From assembly GCA_020348445.1 (NCBI GenBank), contig CP070751.1, positions 4,392,901 to 4,456,900 of the forward strand: a stretch of 64,000 nucleotides of DNA. The letters are read 5' to 3'. Position 1 is the first letter of the stretch, and each line of letters begins with the position of its first letter. Of this stretch, positions 8,718-20,155 are shown one piece after another. The notes beneath the pieces were generated by a model. It searched no databases and had not been told where the DNA came from. It saw only the letters and a list, made by a program, of their open reading frames with translations. The position numbers and the translations under genes were made by a program. Origin of the DNA: Thermoplasmata archaeon. Lineage in GTDB: Archaea > Thermoplasmatota > Thermoplasmata > GCA-020350865.

Positions 8718-9572
8718 TTAAATAACATCTACTTTTTGTCCACAAATCTTGCAATAGGGAGTATCCACAGGTTTTCCACAATATCCACAATAACTTGGAG
8801 TAACTTCTTTAGCGATTTCAGGTTCCTCTTGTCTTTCCTCTAAAATCTTGTGCTCTTTAAGTTCGGTTTCTTTTAGTTTCCGAGAGTCAGACCTCTCGGA
8901 GGATGTATTTTTCAATACTTCTGGCCTTACCTTTTTTACCTTGCGTTTCCTGATCTTTTTAGAGGGACCTTTAGTGGTCGCTTGCTTGTATTTTCGGATT
9001 TTAAATGAGAGAGCAATAAGAAGAACAACGAGAATTATCACCAAAACAAGTAGAATATATAGAGAAATGGAAGTATCCTCAGAAGAAGTTTTAACAAATT
9101 CCTTCGTATAGGTTCTTATTTCATAAACAACATTTACCTCAACACTTCGATTATTGTAATTTACCATAACAAGTTTATATAGATCATGTTCTTTCAAAGT
9201 TACGATATTTTTCGTATATATGACTTCTCGCTCGGACCCATCTATATAATATAAAAACTGCTCAGCTCCGCTTGAAAACAACAAATAATTATCCTCATTC
9301 ATAAACCAGACATTGATGGGAATGCCTTGTTTCACGAGCAATGTGAATACGATCTCGATTTGTTCCCCTTCTTGAAAATTGAAATCGATGAATTGGTAAC
9401 TATATTCCGCGATGGTTATATTTTCATCAAATTTGTCCACATCATATTCTTGATGGTCAGATGCAGCTGTTGATAGAAAAGGTTTTGGCTCTAATGGAAG
9501 AAGAGTGGTTAAAAAAAAGATAAAAAGAGCCAAACATACTATAACTCCCCCACGGTATCTGTTTTTCTTCAT
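8718..9572 (-). CDS. Membrane-anchored hypothetical protein: N-terminal signal/TM, beta-rich exported domain, TM, basic tail, Zn ribbon
   Basis: 284-aa ORF with hydrophobic N-terminus, LYILLVLVIILVVLLIALSF TM, and CGYC...CKIC. Confidence 0.75.
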   Translation of the reverse strand: MKKNRYRGGVIVCLALFIFFLTTLLPLEPKPFLSTAASDHQEYDVDKFDENITIAEYSYQFIDFNFQEGEQIEIVFTLLVKQGIPINVWFMNEDNYLLFSSGAEQFLYYIDGSEREVIYTKNIVTLKEHDLYKLVMVNYNNRSVEVNVVYEIRTYTKEFVKTSSEDTSISLYILLVLVIILVVLLIALSFKIRKYKQATTKGPSKKIRKRKVKKVRPEVLKNTSSERSDSRKLKETELKEHKILEERQEEPEIAKEVTPSYCGYCGKPVDTPYCKICGQKVDVI

Positions 9573-9700
9573 AAAGGTCCCCCATATGTAATCTACTTAT
9601 AATACAGAAAATTTTCGTCAGAAGGCTTGTTTTTTTTGATAAAAAGAATATGACAAGTTACCTTACAGACTTTTTTCCGCGATTCCTACGCAACTAAATC

Positions 9701-12700
9701 TTACAATCCAATTTCCAAGGTTGTTACTGTTACAGCACCATCATCATCCTCTACAACCAGAGTAATCGTGTAAGTTCCAGCTGTAGTATATGCATGCACA
9801 CAAGTATCAGTAACATTCATTGGATTGATGTCCGGACTCGGATATGGATCAGGACTTACTCCGTTGTTGTAGTAGGTGGTCGGTCCTGCAGTTGCACCAT
9901 CACCAAAGTCCCAGGTAAAGGTTAAGTCATCACTACCAGGATCAGTGGCAATTCCCTCGAGGGTAATGTTATGTCCCAATAGATGAGGATTAAGCTCCAC
10001 CTCCCAGGGGTCGATATGGTTCCAGTGGTCGCTGTTCCAGTAGGACTTCCGGACGTTGAATGTATGATGTAAGCGTTTTGAGTCTCCGTCCTCAAAGCCT
10101 ATGTCCACCCATACAGGATTTGCGCCCCAGACGTTGCCGTTCACCCTTGGATCGTTGGGAAGATAATCTATCAGGACAGTATAGGTTTTTGTTACGTCTA
10201 TCCTTGCGCCAACAATGGTTCCAGTTTGCTCGTCAGGATTTCCGGGACGCCTTGTGATCATTGCAGCTAAAATATCTTTTCCGTCCTCAAGAAGATGGAT
10301 TCCCACAGAATGATATTTCTCCCCCGCTATCCTGAGAGTGAGGTCCACATACATGAAGGCCTCGATCTTTACAGTTGGAGCAACGTTTCTAACAATGACA
10401 TTAATTATTATGGATATTTCTCCACCGTCGTCATCCACTACTGTCAAAAGCACATCGAAATTCCCGTTGTCCCCGTATGTATGGGTTGCTGAATCCACAA
10501 TATCCATTGGATTGATCTCTGGGCTCGGATAAGGATCAGGGGATGCACCGTTATTGTAATAGATAGTATTTGTGTCAGATGCTCCATATCCCCAATTCCA
10601 GGTAAAAGTCAGATCATCGCTCCCTGGGTCTGTTGAATGACCCTCAAGTGTTATGGGCGAGCCCTCATCAACTACTTTGATACTTCTATCCACAGAAAGG
10701 GAAGGTGCGACATTGTAAACCGTGACGTTCGTGGTTACTACCATGACTCCATTGTCATCATCTTCCACTGTTAGTGTCACTGTGAATACACCGTTGTCAC
10801 CGTAGGTATGTGTCACGACATCAGTGATGTCCCTGGGATTGATTTCTGGGCTTGGATAAGGATCAGGAGAAACACCATTGTTGTAATAGATTGTAATTGT
10901 GTCAGATGTTCCATCGCCCCAGCTCCAGGTAAATGTGAGATCGTCGCTACCAGGATCTGTTGCATGCCCAGAAAGGGATACAGCCAGGTTCTCATCTGTC
11001 TCGTAGGGTAGCAAGTGATCTATTGTTGGTGCGACGTTGTTTACAGTCACGGTTGTAGTTCTTTGGGTGACTCCATTATCATCATCTTCTACAGTTAAAG
11101 TGACTGTGAAGACACCGTTATCACCATATGTATGGCTTACAGTATCGGTTACAGTAATAGGATTGATTTCAGGGCTGGGATATGGATCAGGGGAAATACC
11201 ATTGTTGTAGTATATCGTGATTGTATCCGAGGTTCCATCTCCCCAATCCCATGTGAATGTCAGATCATCGCTGCCTGGATCTGAAGCAGTCCCAGAAAGT
11301 GTCACTCCGACGTTTTCATCTGTTTCGTAAGTTGAAAGTGGGTCGATTTCAGGAGCGACATTATGGACCGTGATATCTATTGTTATCACAGTGATGTCAC
11401 CGTCGTCATCCTTTACTGTCAGAGTGACTGTGAACACTCCATTGTCTCCATATGTATGACTAACAAAGTCTGTGATATTCATGGGATTGATATCTGGGCT
11501 TAAAGGCGGATCAGGTGAAACACCGTTGTTGTAATAGACAGTCACAGTATCTGAAGTTCCATCCCCCCAGTCCCACGTGAACGTCAGATCATCACTGCCT
11601 GGGTCGTATGCAGTTGCCGAAAGAGATACAGCCTGATTTTCGTCTGTCTCTTCATCGTCCACGGGCTCGATTTGGGGAGCAACGTTATTCACTGTGATAT
11701 TTGTAGTTACCACAGTGGTTCCATTATCATCGTCCTTAACAGTTAAAGTCACAATAAATACTCCGTTGTCTCCATAGGTATGTGTCTGCGAATCAATAAC
11801 ATCCATGGGATTGACATCAGGGCTTGGATAGGGATCAGGAGAAACTCCGTTGTTGTAGTATATTATGACAGTATCGGAAGTTCCGTCACCCCAATTCCAT
11901 GTGAAAGTGAGATCATCGCTTCCTGGGTCTGTGACATGTCCATTCAATGTTATGGGGGTATTTTCGTCTACAACATGATTGTTTAGGGAAACAATTGAAG
12001 GAGCTACATTGTTCACCATCACCAAAAAGACATCGGAACCAGAATCACCGTCGTCGTCTGTAACAGTGACTGTGACAATGAATACTCCATCGTCTCCATA
12101 AACGTGATCTCCTGAAACTGTACCACTTCCATTGATTTCATTTACAACACCGGTATCAGAAGTCCCATCGCCCCAAGCTATGGTGGCAATGTGAGTGTCC
12201 AGCCAGCCGGGATCAAAGAAGGGGCAGGAAATGGATACTGTGTCGCCTTCATATACAGTCCGGTTCTGTCCTGCATCAATTGTGGGTGGCACATTGAGTA
12301 TTGTGACGTTGTAGGAAATTGAATCGGTGGAGCCATCGTCATCTGTTACAGTTAAAGTCACCAGATATACATCGTTATCTCCGTAGATATGGATTGGATC
12401 AGTCAGTGTGCTTGAACCACCGTCTCCAAAGTCCCACATCCAGCCTACAATGAGGTCTGGATAGGATGTGGAATTGTCAGTGAATTGGACAGGTGAGCCC
12501 TCGGACTGCGGCTCTGGAGACCACTGGAAATTGGCAGTGGGTGCCAAATCGCGGATCGTGACATTGTGGGACTTGGAATGTGTAGAGCCGTCATCATCTG
12601 TCACAGTAAGGGTCACGACGTAGGTTCCGTCGTCCATGAAAATGAATTGCGGGTCCTCTTTATCGGATGAATCCAATCCTCCAAAGTCCCATAACCAAGA

Positions 12701-15208
12701 TACGATGACATCAGGATAAGAAGTAGAGAGGTCAGTGAACTGCACAGGGGAGCCCTCATCCTGGGGTTCGGGGGACCAGGAAAATTCGGCCTGGGGAGCC
12801 AAATCGAGTATCGTTATATTGTGCACACAAATATCTTGGGAGCCGTCATCGTCCGTTACCCTGAGGATCACTATGTAAATTCCATGGTCCATGAATGTGA
12901 CCTGGGGATTTGGTTGATTGCTTGTGCCAACACCTACAAAGGTCCACTCCCACGCAACAATTACATCAGGGTAGGAGGTGGAGAGATCTGTGAATTGCAC
13001 AGGCGCCCCCTCGTCCTGAGGTGAAGGAGACCAAGTGAATTTTGCAGTAGGCCCCAAATCGCGGATAGTGACATTGTGGGAAACAGAACTGGATGAGCCG
13101 TCGTCGTCCCAGACAGTGAGGGTCACCATGTAGATCCCGTTGTCCATGAACGTGAATTGAGGATGTTGCAAGTTGCTTGTTCCAAGACCTGCAAAATCCC
13201 AAAGCCAGGCAGTTATATTGCCTGTATCTGAGGTGGAAATATCAGTGAACTGGACAGGCTTTCCCTCATCCTGGGGCTCGGGAGTCCAAATAAAATCTGC
13301 ATCAGGTGCCAAATCCAGTATGGTAACGTTGTGAACGCATGAATCCATGGAGCCGTCATCGTCTATCACCGTTAGCATCACAGGATAAATGCCGTCATTT
13401 GGGAACGTGAACTCTGGATTCTGTTTATTTGATGTGTCCAATCCTGCAAAATTCCATTTCCATCCAACGATATCATCTGGATCTGAGGTGGACAGGTCAG
13501 TGAACTGCACAGGTGATCCCTCGACCTGCGGCTTGGGAGACCAGTCAAATTCTGCATTGGGTCCCAAATCAAGGACAGTGACCCTGAAGTGCTCCTGCGC
13601 AACTCCACTGTCATCATCCTTCACAGTTACTGTGACATCGTATATTCCATTGGAAGCATATACATGCTTCACAACATGTGTAATGTCCATTGGATTTATA
13701 TCAGGACTTGGATATGGATCAGGTGAAACACCGTTGTTGTAGAATATCTTGACTGTATCAGATGTTGTATCACCCCAATCCCATGTGAAAGTGAGATCAT
13801 CGCTTCCTGGGTCCTGAGCCCGGGCTTGGAATGTGCCGATTTCTCCTTCATATAAATGATCAAGGACCGTTACATCTGGGATATGATCTATTTTCGGTGG
13901 AATATTTTGGACCTTTACTATGGCAATTGCAGAGCCACTTGCACCGTAGGAGTCAGTTACAGTTAGTTTGACCTTAAAATTCCCATTATCACCATAATCT
14001 TGATAAATTATGGGTCCGTATTCATCTGTTATTCCATCATCATCCAGGTCCCATTCATAACTTATTATGTAATCGCCATAATCTGTATCTGGATCATATG
14101 AGGCAGAGCCGTTTAGGCAGGCAGTTTCGTTATTTTCCAATATGTTAACATCAGGAACAATTGCCACAGGTGGTCTGTTCACCAAAATCGTTTCCAAAAG
14201 CGGCTTTTCTGATTCTGCATCATTTTTGCCGTTGCCGTTTTTATCAACAAAGGTTCTTGGTAAAAAGATTCTAAGATCGGGATTCAGTACCGGGGTAATT
14301 AATTTGTAACCTATGTACTCAGTTGTGTAATCTGTGGGTTGACTGTCCGGGGTTTCAACAGCGGCGTCGATCTTGTTTAATTTCCATTTTATAGTTATAG
14401 AACCGTCGGAGTTGTTTGTAATGGATAAGGGCGTGTGGGTGAAGCTTGAAGGATCGTAAGAAAACCCAGAGGGGATCTTGTCTGTGACCATGATATTTTC
14501 TGCATCTTCAAATCCGATATTTGTCACCTCAAGAGTGATATTTACCTCATCGCCTATATTGTCAATCTCCTCCCAGAGAGGTAATTTACCCACAACCACT
14601 GTGGGATTTTCTCGCAGATGGTCCCAGATATCGTCCTGTGTGTCTTCGGTGTAATTCTCCATCATGGACCAGAACACATATGGAAATATCTCTCCAGATA
14701 GCGAGATTTCGATGCCATCGTGTGTGTATTCCGAGTCCTCGGTGCACCACCAGGGAGGGGGATCTTCGAGATGCATTGCAACATATTCGCCGTATTTGTA
14801 TGTAAAGGAGCTTCCCGGTGCGATTCTATGGGTTATGGTCAATACTCCGTCCTGGGTTTCGTCGTCAATATCTGGGTCATCCTCATCCATATATGCGGGA
14901 CTCGGGCTCATTAGCAAAATATATTCATCAATTATTATTGTTTTAGATCCATAGTTATAAACTGTATAGGTTCCTCCGTAAGCTCCAAAATTCGTCTGTC
15001 TAACAATGGCATCTCCTTTGGCCCAGGCCTCCCACAGTCTTATATCAGAGGAAAGGGTCCTTATCTGTCCCTCCAAAGGACTGTCAATAGGTGAATCATC
15101 AGAATCCATACTGCTTTGTTCTTCCAACTCAAAAATACCCACCGTCATGGGATTCATGGGGACTACAATCAAGGTCAAAACCAATCCTATCGTCATTATT
15201 TGCCTCAT
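9701..15208 (-). CDS. 1835-aa multi-PKD-domain surface protein with a DUF11-like domain
   Basis: More than a dozen PKD-type units ending (V/T)VTLTVxDDD(G/N), in two classes (DPGSDDLTFTWxWGDG..YYNNG.SPDPYPSP and F.WSP.PQ.EG.PVQFTDxS); ITLEVTNIGFEDAENIMVTDKIPSGF DUF11-like motif. Confidence 0.85.
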   Translation of the reverse strand: MRQIMTIGLVLTLIVVPMNPMTVGIFELEEQSSMDSDDSPIDSPLEGQIRTLSSDIRLWEAWAKGDAIVRQTNFGAYGGTYTVYNYGSKTIIIDEYILLMSPSPAYMDEDDPDIDDETQDGVLTITHRIAPGSSFTYKYGEYVAMHLEDPPPWWCTEDSEYTHDGIEISLSGEIFPYVFWSMMENYTEDTQDDIWDHLRENPTVVVGKLPLWEEIDNIGDEVNITLEVTNIGFEDAENIMVTDKIPSGFSYDPSSFTHTPLSITNNSDGSITIKWKLNKIDAAVETPDSQPTDYTTEYIGYKLITPVLNPDLRIFLPRTFVDKNGNGKNDAESEKPLLETILVNRPPVAIVPDVNILENNETACLNGSASYDPDTDYGDYIISYEWDLDDDGITDEYGPIIYQDYGDNGNFKVKLTVTDSYGASGSAIAIVKVQNIPPKIDHIPDVTVLDHLYEGEIGTFQARAQDPGSDDLTFTWDWGDTTSDTVKIFYNNGVSPDPYPSPDINPMDITHVVKHVYASNGIYDVTVTVKDDDSGVAQEHFRVTVLDLGPNAEFDWSPKPQVEGSPVQFTDLSTSDPDDIVGWKWNFAGLDTSNKQNPEFTFPNDGIYPVMLTVIDDDGSMDSCVHNVTILDLAPDADFIWTPEPQDEGKPVQFTDISTSDTGNITAWLWDFAGLGTSNLQHPQFTFMDNGIYMVTLTVWDDDGSSSSVSHNVTIRDLGPTAKFTWSPSPQDEGAPVQFTDLSTSYPDVIVAWEWTFVGVGTSNQPNPQVTFMDHGIYIVILRVTDDDGSQDICVHNITILDLAPQAEFSWSPEPQDEGSPVQFTDLSTSYPDVIVSWLWDFGGLDSSDKEDPQFIFMDDGTYVVTLTVTDDDGSTHSKSHNVTIRDLAPTANFQWSPEPQSEGSPVQFTDNSTSYPDLIVGWMWDFGDGGSSTLTDPIHIYGDNDVYLVTLTVTDDDGSTDSISYNVTILNVPPTIDAGQNRTVYEGDTVSISCPFFDPGWLDTHIATIAWGDGTSDTGVVNEINGSGTVSGDHVYGDDGVFIVTVTVTDDDGDSGSDVFLVMVNNVAPSIVSLNNHVVDENTPITLNGHVTDPGSDDLTFTWNWGDGTSDTVIIYYNNGVSPDPYPSPDVNPMDVIDSQTHTYGDNGVFIVTLTVKDDDNGTTVVTTNITVNNVAPQIEPVDDEETDENQAVSLSATAYDPGSDDLTFTWDWGDGTSDTVTVYYNNGVSPDPPLSPDINPMNITDFVSHTYGDNGVFTVTLTVKDDDGDITVITIDITVHNVAPEIDPLSTYETDENVGVTLSGTASDPGSDDLTFTWDWGDGTSDTITIYYNNGISPDPYPSPEINPITVTDTVSHTYGDNGVFTVTLTVEDDDNGVTQRTTTVTVNNVAPTIDHLLPYETDENLAVSLSGHATDPGSDDLTFTWSWGDGTSDTITIYYNNGVSPDPYPSPEINPRDITDVVTHTYGDNGVFTVTLTVEDDDNGVMVVTTNVTVYNVAPSLSVDRSIKVVDEGSPITLEGHSTDPGSDDLTFTWNWGYGASDTNTIYYNNGASPDPYPSPEINPMDIVDSATHTYGDNGNFDVLLTVVDDDGGEISIIINVIVRNVAPTVKIEAFMYVDLTLRIAGEKYHSVGIHLLEDGKDILAAMITRRPGNPDEQTGTIVGARIDVTKTYTVLIDYLPNDPRVNGNVWGANPVWVDIGFEDGDSKRLHHTFNVRKSYWNSDHWNHIDPWEVELNPHLLGHNITLEGIATDPGSDDLTFTWDFGDGATAGPTTYYNNGVSPDPYPSPDINPMNVTDTCVHAYTTAGTYTITLVVEDDDGAVTVTTLEIGL

Positions 15209-15450
15209 ACTATTCCTCCCTATTCTTTTTGATATAGGGGTTAACCCCCCATATAGAGGCTTTTTTTCGAATCAAGTGACATATATATGCATAAGGGGGG
15301 TTAATATTTTTGGTTCAGTTGTAAAAATTAAGTTTATTCTTTATAAAGTTTCTATGGTAATTACCACGAAAACACCATGTTATCTTTTTTACCTCCAGAT
15401 GTATCTTTTAAAATAATGAAAAAAAGAGAAATTAAAAAAAAGCAATAAAC

Positions 15451-16845
15451 TCAGGTTCCGGGCCAGAACTGTTCAATGTACTTCTTGTCGATTCTTGTCA
15501 ACTGCTCCTTTGGTAATGTGGACATAAGCTCCCATCCAAGGCCCAGCGTCTCCTCTATGGACCTGTCCTCGTCCTCTGTCTGGGCAATGAATCTTCTTTC
15601 AAAGATGTCGGCGAACTCCAAAAACTTCCTGTCCCTTGGAGTCAAAGCCTCCTCTCCAACAACAGCAACAAGCTCCCTGAGATCAACTCCCTCTGCATAG
15701 GCTGCGTACAACTGATTTGAGACATCGTCGTGGTCCTCCCTTGTCCTGCCCTTTCCAATTCCCTGTTTCATAAGCCTGGACAAACATGGCAGCACATCAA
15801 CAGGCGGTCTTATACCCCTTCTGTGAAAGTCCCTGGAAAGCACTATCTGTCCCTCGGTAATATATCCAGTCAAATCAGGTATCGGATGCGTGATGTCATC
15901 ATCAGGCATTGTTAAAATTGGAATCTGGGTGATTGTGCCCTCTTTCCCAAATATCCTGCCCGCCCTTTCATAGATACTTGCCAAATCTGTATACATGTAT
16001 CCAGGATAGCCTCTTCTTCCTGGAACCTCTTCCCTTGCAGCAGCGATCTCCCTAAGAGCCTCGCAGTAGTTTGTCATGTCAGTTAAGATCACGAGAACGT
16101 GCATGTCATTGTCAAAGGCAAGAAACTCTGCGGCAGTCAAGGCCATCCTTGGAATGATGATTCTCTCGATTGCGGGATCGTCTGCCAAATTCAAGAACAA
16201 AACTGCACGCTCTAAAGCACCTGTTCTCTCAAAGTCATTTATAAAATAATTTGATTCCTCTGCAGTGATTCCCATTGCACAGAACACGACAGCGAACTCC
16301 TCCTCCTGCCCCTTTACCTTTGCCTGTCTTGCAATCTGTGCCGCAAGGCTGTTGTGGGGTAAACCAGAGGCTGAAAATATAGGTAACTTCTGTCCACGAA
16401 CCAGGGTGTTCAATCCATCTATAGTTGAAATTCCACTCTCGATAAACTCCCTTGGATACTCCCTTGCAGAGGGATTAATTGGCTGGCCATTTATGTCCCT
16501 TCTTTCAACAGGTATGATTTCAGGGCCGCCGTCTATGGGCCTTCCAGTTCCGTCAAAGACCCTTCCCAGCATATCAGTTGATACAGGAAGCTTCATTGTC
16601 TCTCCTATGAACCGTACAGAGGTGCCCTTGGTATCAAGGCCTTTTGTGCCCTCGAACACCTGGACAACTGCTGTTTCAGTCCTTGCCTCGAGAACCTGCC
16701 CCAGTCTTTCTGTACCATCTGAAGCCCGAATCCGCACCACCTCTCCAAAGGCCACACCTCGGACCTTCTCAACAACCATAAGGGGACCTGCGATTTCAGC
16801 CACAGTGGTGTACTCCTTGCTTTTTGATGTGTCGAGCATTGCCAT
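15451..16845 (-). CDS. atpB: A/V-type ATP synthase subunit B
   Basis: [37 protein letters not shown]; start moved to ATG 16845 behind SD GGAGGTG. Confidence 0.97.
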   Translation of the reverse strand: MAMLDTSKSKEYTTVAEIAGPLMVVEKVRGVAFGEVVRIRASDGTERLGQVLEARTETAVVQVFEGTKGLDTKGTSVRFIGETMKLPVSTDMLGRVFDGTGRPIDGGPEIIPVERRDINGQPINPSAREYPREFIESGISTIDGLNTLVRGQKLPIFSASGLPHNSLAAQIARQAKVKGQEEEFAVVFCAMGITAEESNYFINDFERTGALERAVLFLNLADDPAIERIIIPRMALTAAEFLAFDNDMHVLVILTDMTNYCEALREIAAAREEVPGRRGYPGYMYTDLASIYERAGRIFGKEGTITQIPILTMPDDDITHPIPDLTGYITEGQIVLSRDFHRRGIRPPVDVLPCLSRLMKQGIGKGRTREDHDDVSNQLYAAYAEGVDLRELVAVVGEEALTPRDRKFLEFADIFERRFIAQTEDEDRSIEETLGLGWELMSTLPKEQLTRIDKKYIEQFWPGT

Positions 16846-16846
16846 T

Positions 16847-18619
16847 TCAGTCACCTCCCAAAGAGGCGATCTCATTTTTTATATTCTCTTCGATCTTGGT
16901 AAAAGGGCCTTCAAAATTATCATTTGGTACGGTTGCCATCCTGCCTATGCTCTCCCTGGTCTTCATGCCCTTCAACTTCTCCATCTGAACACCAGTTTCA
17001 ACGGCATCATCCAGAAGATCGTAGTAATTCAGCATTATGCGCATCATCTCGTACTGCTTCTTTGCAGGACAGTAAGTGTCGATATCGTGGAATGCGTTCT
17101 GCTGTAAAAAGTCCTCTCTAATCGCCCTTGCACCTTCCAATACAGCCTGTTCCTTTGGAGGCAGGGCATCAGGTCCAACAAGCTGGATGATCTCCTGTAG
17201 CTCGTTCTCCTTTTGAAGCAGCTGCATTGACTTTCTTCTCATATTGAGCCATTCCCCGCCAATATCCTTTTGCCACCAGTCTTTTACATGATCAACATAA
17301 AGTGAATAGGATCGCAACCAATTGATTGACGGGAAGTGCCTTCTGTCGGCGAGGTCAGCATCCAAGGCCCAGAACACCTTCACGATGCGAAGGGTATTTT
17401 GGGTAACTGGCTCTGAAAAGTCACCGCCAGGTGGAGACACGGCACCAACCACTGTAATTGAACCGAGCTTCTCCTCAGAACCTATGACCTCAACTATTCC
17501 TGCCCTCTCATAGAACTGGGCCAGTCTAGACGCAAGATATGCGGGGTAGCCCTCCTCTCCAGGCATCTCCTCCAACCTTCCCGAAATCTCCCTCATTGCC
17601 TCTGCCCATCTTGAGGTGGAGTCAGCCATCAGGGCCACATCATAACCCATATCTCTGTAATACTCAGCTAAAGTAATACCAGTGTAAACACTTGCCTCCC
17701 GAGCAGCCACTGGCATGTTGCTTGTATTGGCGATGAGCACTGTTCTGTTCATAAGAGGCTCTCCGGTTCTGGGGTCCTCCAGTTTGGGAAATTCCCTGAG
17801 AACGTCAGTCATCTCGTTGCCTCTTTCCCCGCAGCCAACATACACGATTATATCAGCATCGCACCATTTTGCAAGCTGATGCTGCATCACTGTTTTCCCT
17901 GTTCCAAAACCACCTGGGATTGCTGCAGTTCCTCCTTTGGATATTGGAAAGAACGCATCGAAGATCCTCTGGCCAGTTATCAGGGGGAATTTGGGGTCAA
18001 GCTTCTTCTTAAAATGCCTTTCCATACGCACAGGCCACCTCTGGAGCATGGCAATCTCCTTTACTCCAGATGAGGTGTTGATCTTGGCAATCACATCCTC
18101 GACCTTGTAATCACCTTCAGCTGCTATCTCAGCCACCTCTCCCTCAACTCCCCAGGGCACCATGATCCTATGCTCCACAACAGGTGTTTCAGGCACTATG
18201 CCCAAGATATCACCGGGCTGGACCTTTGTGCCCGGGGCAACAGATGGTGTGAAATGCCACATCTTCTCTCTATTTACAGCTGGTATCTCAACCCCTCTTG
18301 CTATGAAATCACCTGTCGCCTCCTTGATCAGAGGCAGGGGTCTTTGGATACCGTCGTAGATCTGGCCCATGAGCCCAGGCGCGAGCTCAACTGAAAGAGG
18401 GATTCCTGTTCTATCCACGGGCTCCCCTGGTACCAAGCCAGTTGTCTCCTCATACACCTGGACTGTCACAGTGTCCTCCTTTAGCTCGATGATCTCGCCG
18501 ATAAGGCGCTCCTTTCCCACCCTGACAACATCGTACATCTTGGCTCCGCGCATCCTGTCAGCAACCACCACCGGTCCTGCGATCTTTATGATGGTTCCAA
18601 TCTCTTCAACTTCATCCAT
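16847..18619 (-). CDS. atpA: A/V-type ATP synthase catalytic subunit A (no intein)
   Basis: P-loop [37 protein letters not shown]. Confidence 0.98.
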   Translation of the reverse strand: MDEVEEIGTIIKIAGPVVVADRMRGAKMYDVVRVGKERLIGEIIELKEDTVTVQVYEETTGLVPGEPVDRTGIPLSVELAPGLMGQIYDGIQRPLPLIKEATGDFIARGVEIPAVNREKMWHFTPSVAPGTKVQPGDILGIVPETPVVEHRIMVPWGVEGEVAEIAAEGDYKVEDVIAKINTSSGVKEIAMLQRWPVRMERHFKKKLDPKFPLITGQRIFDAFFPISKGGTAAIPGGFGTGKTVMQHQLAKWCDADIIVYVGCGERGNEMTDVLREFPKLEDPRTGEPLMNRTVLIANTSNMPVAAREASVYTGITLAEYYRDMGYDVALMADSTSRWAEAMREISGRLEEMPGEEGYPAYLASRLAQFYERAGIVEVIGSEEKLGSITVVGAVSPPGGDFSEPVTQNTLRIVKVFWALDADLADRRHFPSINWLRSYSLYVDHVKDWWQKDIGGEWLNMRRKSMQLLQKENELQEIIQLVGPDALPPKEQAVLEGARAIREDFLQQNAFHDIDTYCPAKKQYEMMRIMLNYYDLLDDAVETGVQMEKLKGMKTRESIGRMATVPNDNFEGPFTKIEENIKNEIASLGGD

Positions 18620-18655
18620 ATCTACACCACCTTTCTGATTTTATTATCTATCTTT

Positions 18656-18985
18656 CTATTTGACATCGCTTGCCTCGATATCCAGGCCAACAGCCCTTTT
18701 TATGAGAATGCGGATGGGATCCTCCTTTTCCATGGGTCCTCTTTTATCCTGAACCTCTACAATCAGGGGATACAAGGGCCTCTCCTCCCTAAATCTTTGT
18801 ATGTCCTCTCTAAGGGAATGGGCGTACCTTTCAGTGATTATCAGAACACCCATATCGGGGTCTTGCATCACCTCTGCCAGGGCGGTCTTCGCCTCCTCTC
18901 TATTGCCAACTGCGTATAAATCCTTTATCCCGGTAAGTGCGAAACCCATTGTGGTATCCTTGTCCGCGATGACAGAGATCTTCAA
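18656..18985 (-). CDS. atpF: A/V-type ATP synthase subunit F
   Basis: MKISVIADKDTTMGFALTGI...IKRAVG; operon position. Confidence 0.95.
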   Translation of the reverse strand: MKISVIADKDTTMGFALTGIKDLYAVGNREEAKTALAEVMQDPDMGVLIITERYAHSLREDIQRFREERPLYPLIVEVQDKRGPMEKEDPIRILIKRAVGLDIEASDVK

Positions 18986-20154
18986 ATTCCTTCCTCCATA
19001 ATGAGCATGGGCATGATTCTCTCTGGCGATAATCCCTCATGCATTCCCCGAAGCACGGCCTTGATGTTCCTAACCTCGAATTCCTTTGCAACTATGAACT
19101 TTATCGTGGGCCCGGCTGCTATGAGGGCGCTGCTTGATATCTCCTGTGCTTCTGTAAGAAGCAGTTTATCAAGGGCCATCTCAAAGGAGTAGATGCTCCT
19201 TGACACGTTATAATCCTGCATGGCGTTTCTCATGATCTCCAGATACGGAGTGCCCTCCAGTTCTGTTATCATCTCAGGGATGCCCTTTACCTCGATTAAC
19301 TGGCGCAGCTTCCATAAAGCCAGAATCCTGCCACCTTCAACAAGGAAGCGCTCTGTTGTTTGTGGATCAAGACCCTGCTGCTTCGACCTTATTATATGCT
19401 TCAGGTTCGTTATGTCTGCATGCTTGCCTATAAAGAGTGTTACAGTCTCAGAAACAGAGGTATCAACCCTTGTTATCGACAACCGCAGCTCCTTGGAGAA
19501 GAACTGATCAAGTGCGAGATCCAATGCAACGATGTCGTCCTTGTACTCGCCTGCGGTTTTGCTCAATGTGTCACCGAACCTTGTGGATTTAACTGCACTT
19601 ATAACCTCATCAACACTGCCTGCTTCGAGCATGTTCTCTATTATCTCTTCATCTATTTCCTTAACTGGAACGAGCCTCATCTTCAAGTCTTCGAATGACA
19701 TACCGTTTTTCTTGGCACGTAATGCTTTTTTGACCTGCATGGCATCGTATTTGATGAGATAGGCCTCCAAAAACGGCCTTAGGCTCTGAGGATCAGAGGC
19801 GAGCACCTTCTTCAAGAATTCCACATGGGTCAGCTCAATCAGTCTCTCGGCCTCGTCCAATCCCACTTTCTCGATGTTGGGGGGCAGCTTGTACCCCTCC
19901 TTTGATATCTCCAATGCCGCCTCTTGGGAGCTTGACAACTCCAGAAGCTCGGTGAGCCTCTTTTTCGTGACAAAGGGATTTCCCATTGCCCGAAGCCTGG
20001 CATTGGGATACGAGAAGCTGGCAATCGTGATTAGGATATTGAAGTAGCTCATAAGAAGAATGATGGTTATAAGAACAGCGACACCAATAACCAAGAGAGC
20101 AAATGCCAGGGTATCTTTCAATACCAGCTCTTCAATTATTTCCATAAGACCCAA
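18982..20154 (-). CDS. atpC: A/V-type ATP synthase subunit C (d-like) with an N-terminal hydrophobic helix
   Basis: YPNARLRAM, DITNLK..IR, KEFEVRNIKAV; TTG start behind SD GGAGGAG. Confidence 0.93.
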   Translation of the reverse strand: MGLMEIIEELVLKDTLAFALLVIGVAVLITIILLMSYFNILITIASFSYPNARLRAMGNPFVTKKRLTELLELSSSQEAALEISKEGYKLPPNIEKVGLDEAERLIELTHVEFLKKVLASDPQSLRPFLEAYLIKYDAMQVKKALRAKKNGMSFEDLKMRLVPVKEIDEEIIENMLEAGSVDEVISAVKSTRFGDTLSKTAGEYKDDIVALDLALDQFFSKELRLSITRVDTSVSETVTLFIGKHADITNLKHIIRSKQQGLDPQTTERFLVEGGRILALWKLRQLIEVKGIPEMITELEGTPYLEIMRNAMQDYNVSRSIYSFEMALDKLLLTEAQEISSSALIAAGPTIKFIVAKEFEVRNIKAVLRGMHEGLSPERIMPMLIMEEGI

Positions 20155-20155
20155 T

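Noticed and set aside
16265-17107. 280-aa plus-strand ORF (also 22926-23561, 21572-22063 and many similar short ORFs)
   Set aside because: These are antisense shadows of highly conserved genes, with no SD or recognisable motifs.
16847-18619. Intein in AtpA (or in GyrA/GyrB)
   Set aside because: Lengths are normal, the P-loop region is continuous, and there are no splice motifs.
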